A stretch of 63,331 nucleotides of DNA, filler included, from Octopus bimaculoides (taxonomy: Eukaryota), in the NCBI RefSeq assembly GCF_001194135.2. It is 6 parts of 6 records of this genome, joined end to end, with 100 filler letters (N's around TTAATTAATTAA, not from the genome) between each part and the next. Parts side by side here need not be neighbours in the genome. Positions count along the whole stretch, not along the records: positions 56,692 to 62,122 come from NC_069004.1; positions 62,223 to 63,331 come from NW_026367037.1; 4 more parts are not named here. The stretch is one strand, 5' to 3'. Of the stretch, positions 61,090-63,331 are shown piece after piece. The notes under the pieces were generated by a model, which was given only the letters and a program-made list of their open reading frames with translations, did no database searches and was not told where the DNA came from. The stretch's first letter is position 1. Every line of letters begins with the position of its first letter. The position numbers were made by a program, and so were the translations under genes.

Positions 61090-62050
61090 AATCTACACGT
61101 ATGCATGTGAGTGTGTATATTAGTTGATACATACATACATACATACATACATACACACATAGTTGCATACATAAATACATTCATACATACATACAAACAT
61201 ATAGACATACATGCGTACATATACACATACAGACATACATGTATATATATACATACAGAAACACGCACACACATATTGTACAAACAAGCAAGTCTGCACT
61301 TTTACAGCTGTATCTGCATATATATATATATATATATATATANNNNNNNNNNNNNNNNNNNNNNNNNNNNNNNNNNNNNNNNNCATACATACATACATAA
61401 ATGTATACACAGCGTGCATTTCCTCTTCTCTGTATATATAAATATATGCATACACATATATACTCACACGCTCAAACATATAACATATGCACGTATGTAT
61501 ATATAGAGACATACACATTCACACATACATATATAAAATTATATACACATGCTTATGCAAGCGTAAGCGTGTGCATACGTATACACCTTATTTCCTTAAC
61601 ATACACATATATAAACATACTCGAATATATATTACACACGTACATTTTATATGTATATATATATATACATACAAACACATTGACACACACAGATATGTAA
61701 TGTACATACATAGATACACATTCACATCTCTGTGTATAATATACATAACTACACATTCACGTATACATATATAATATACATACATACACATGCACACACT
61801 GTATAATATACATTCATACACGTTCACGCATACATATATAGTGCATATATATACATATATATATTTACGGATACATAAGCATGTACATACGTATACATAT
61901 ATACATGCTTGTATGCACACAATATATGAGTATATATATGCATATATATGTATAGATATGTATAGATATGTACCCTGATATGCATGTATATACACATGTA
62001 GATGTAAGTATGTACATATATGTGTGTATACATGTATATATATTCTTTGT
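61090..62050. repeat. Degenerate (TA/CA/TACA)n low-complexity region
   Basis: Directly visible. Confidence 0.9.
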
Positions 62051-62956
62051 ATTATTACATTATTGAACGCACACGTCCTTTTTTGCAAGTAAGTCTACTA
62101 TTATTCTGACGTGACTATCTTTNNNNNNNNNNNNNNNNNNNNNNNNNNNNNNNNNNNNNNNNNNNNTTAATTAATTAANNNNNNNNNNNNNNNNNNNNNN
62201 NNNNNNNNNNNNNNNNNNNNNNTAATATATATACTAAATTTATATTTTGTGATTAAAAAATATATAAAATATCCTGAACATCAGATATGAGTCCTATCGA
62301 AAGAATTGGTTTCAATTGAATTTATATAATTTTAGTGATGCTCTTCTTAACACATATAACACTCTTCCTTATCGTGTTCAAGCGGAATCTGGGAATTCCA
62401 TGTTAGAAAGTATAGCATTTAACGAGGTGAAGAACGGAATACTATATGGATTCTCTGTTAAGATATTGGTTTAGTGATTTTATGTGTTTGAATCAGATTT
62501 TTTCTGATTTTGTTTTACCGTAATTGTATAATTCTGTCGACTATTTCAATGATTGTTTTTAGAGTCGGGAACCATTGATTATTAACAACCCTTACGTCTC
62601 TTCCATAAACACCTATATTTTTTTATATGTCTATCTTTTAATCTGTCTATTCTGCACCATGGACATAGACTAGTTTTAACAGCTTAAAAGCTATCTTAAT
62701 TGTATTAAAACTTGCAATTATACTCATCGCTTTTGGAATTCTCGTAGTCCCCTGCATTATAAGAAACACCGGTCTCAATGATTATTCCAGTTTGCTGTAA
62801 CGTAGTTCTCTCTCCTTTCCCCTCTCTATTCTCTTGTACGTTTCAGCTCAAAGACTGGCCATACTGGGGCACAAGAAAAAATATTTCTTTGTTTTATAGG
62901 TAAGAGGCCTGAAACTTTTGTGAAAAGGGTTTATTGAATTACATCGACTCCAATGT

Positions 62957-62993
<37 letters not shown>

Positions 62994-63039
62994 GTGTTTA
63001 TACACACAGACACACACACACACGTTATTAATATTTGCT

Positions 63040-63190
63040 TGCTTCTGCTAAATTCTGCCAAGGTCGACTTTACCTTTCATCATTTCAGTGTTGATAAATT
63101 AAGTACCAGTTGCGTACTGGGGTCGAACTAATCGACAGGCTTCTCCTCCCCTCCCAATTTCTGGCCTTGTTCCTAGAGTAGAAAGGAATA
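63040..63190 (+). mobile_element. CORE-type SINE family A, 5'-truncated
   Basis: AATTCTGCCAAGGTCGACTTTACCTTTCATC...GATAAATTAAGTACCAGTTGCGTACTGGGGTCGA. Confidence 0.8.
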
Positions 63191-63288
63191 TTTGCTTCTG
63201 CCAAATATTTTTAATGTCGAGCTCTGTTCTACCTGTTTACACCAACATGCCTATATATAGATACGCTTCTACGCATGTTTGTTTAGAT

Positions 63289-63331
<43 letters not shown>

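Overview
AT-rich, microsatellite-dense non-coding animal DNA from a gappy draft assembly. The SINE/LINE repertoire suggests an octopus (inference). I could not support any intact host gene. The long ORFs in the supplied track come from N-gaps, microsatellites or decayed transposons. Supportable content: a full-length but dead DD36E Tc1-type transposon (6420-7685), other Tc1/mariner and hAT relics, several hairpin MITEs, many tRNA-derived SINEs, and fragments of Penelope-like, R4/Dong-clade, Tx1-like and RTE retroelements. Two signals stand out. (1) Six minimal type I hammerhead-ribozyme folds from four sequence families, one family having a shared non-canonical core (CUGUUGA) in all three copies. 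(2) Several retroelement families whose junctions each fall in a particular microsatellite: Tx1-like in (TATC)n, R4-like in (CATA)n, the hammerhead element at (TA)n and a CORE-type SINE in (AAT)n. A tandem array of eight retroelement 3' tails and a tandem array of RTE-type 5' units are also present. All family assignments come from motif recognition by eye, not database searches. Coordinates of degenerate elements are approximate to about 10-20 bp.
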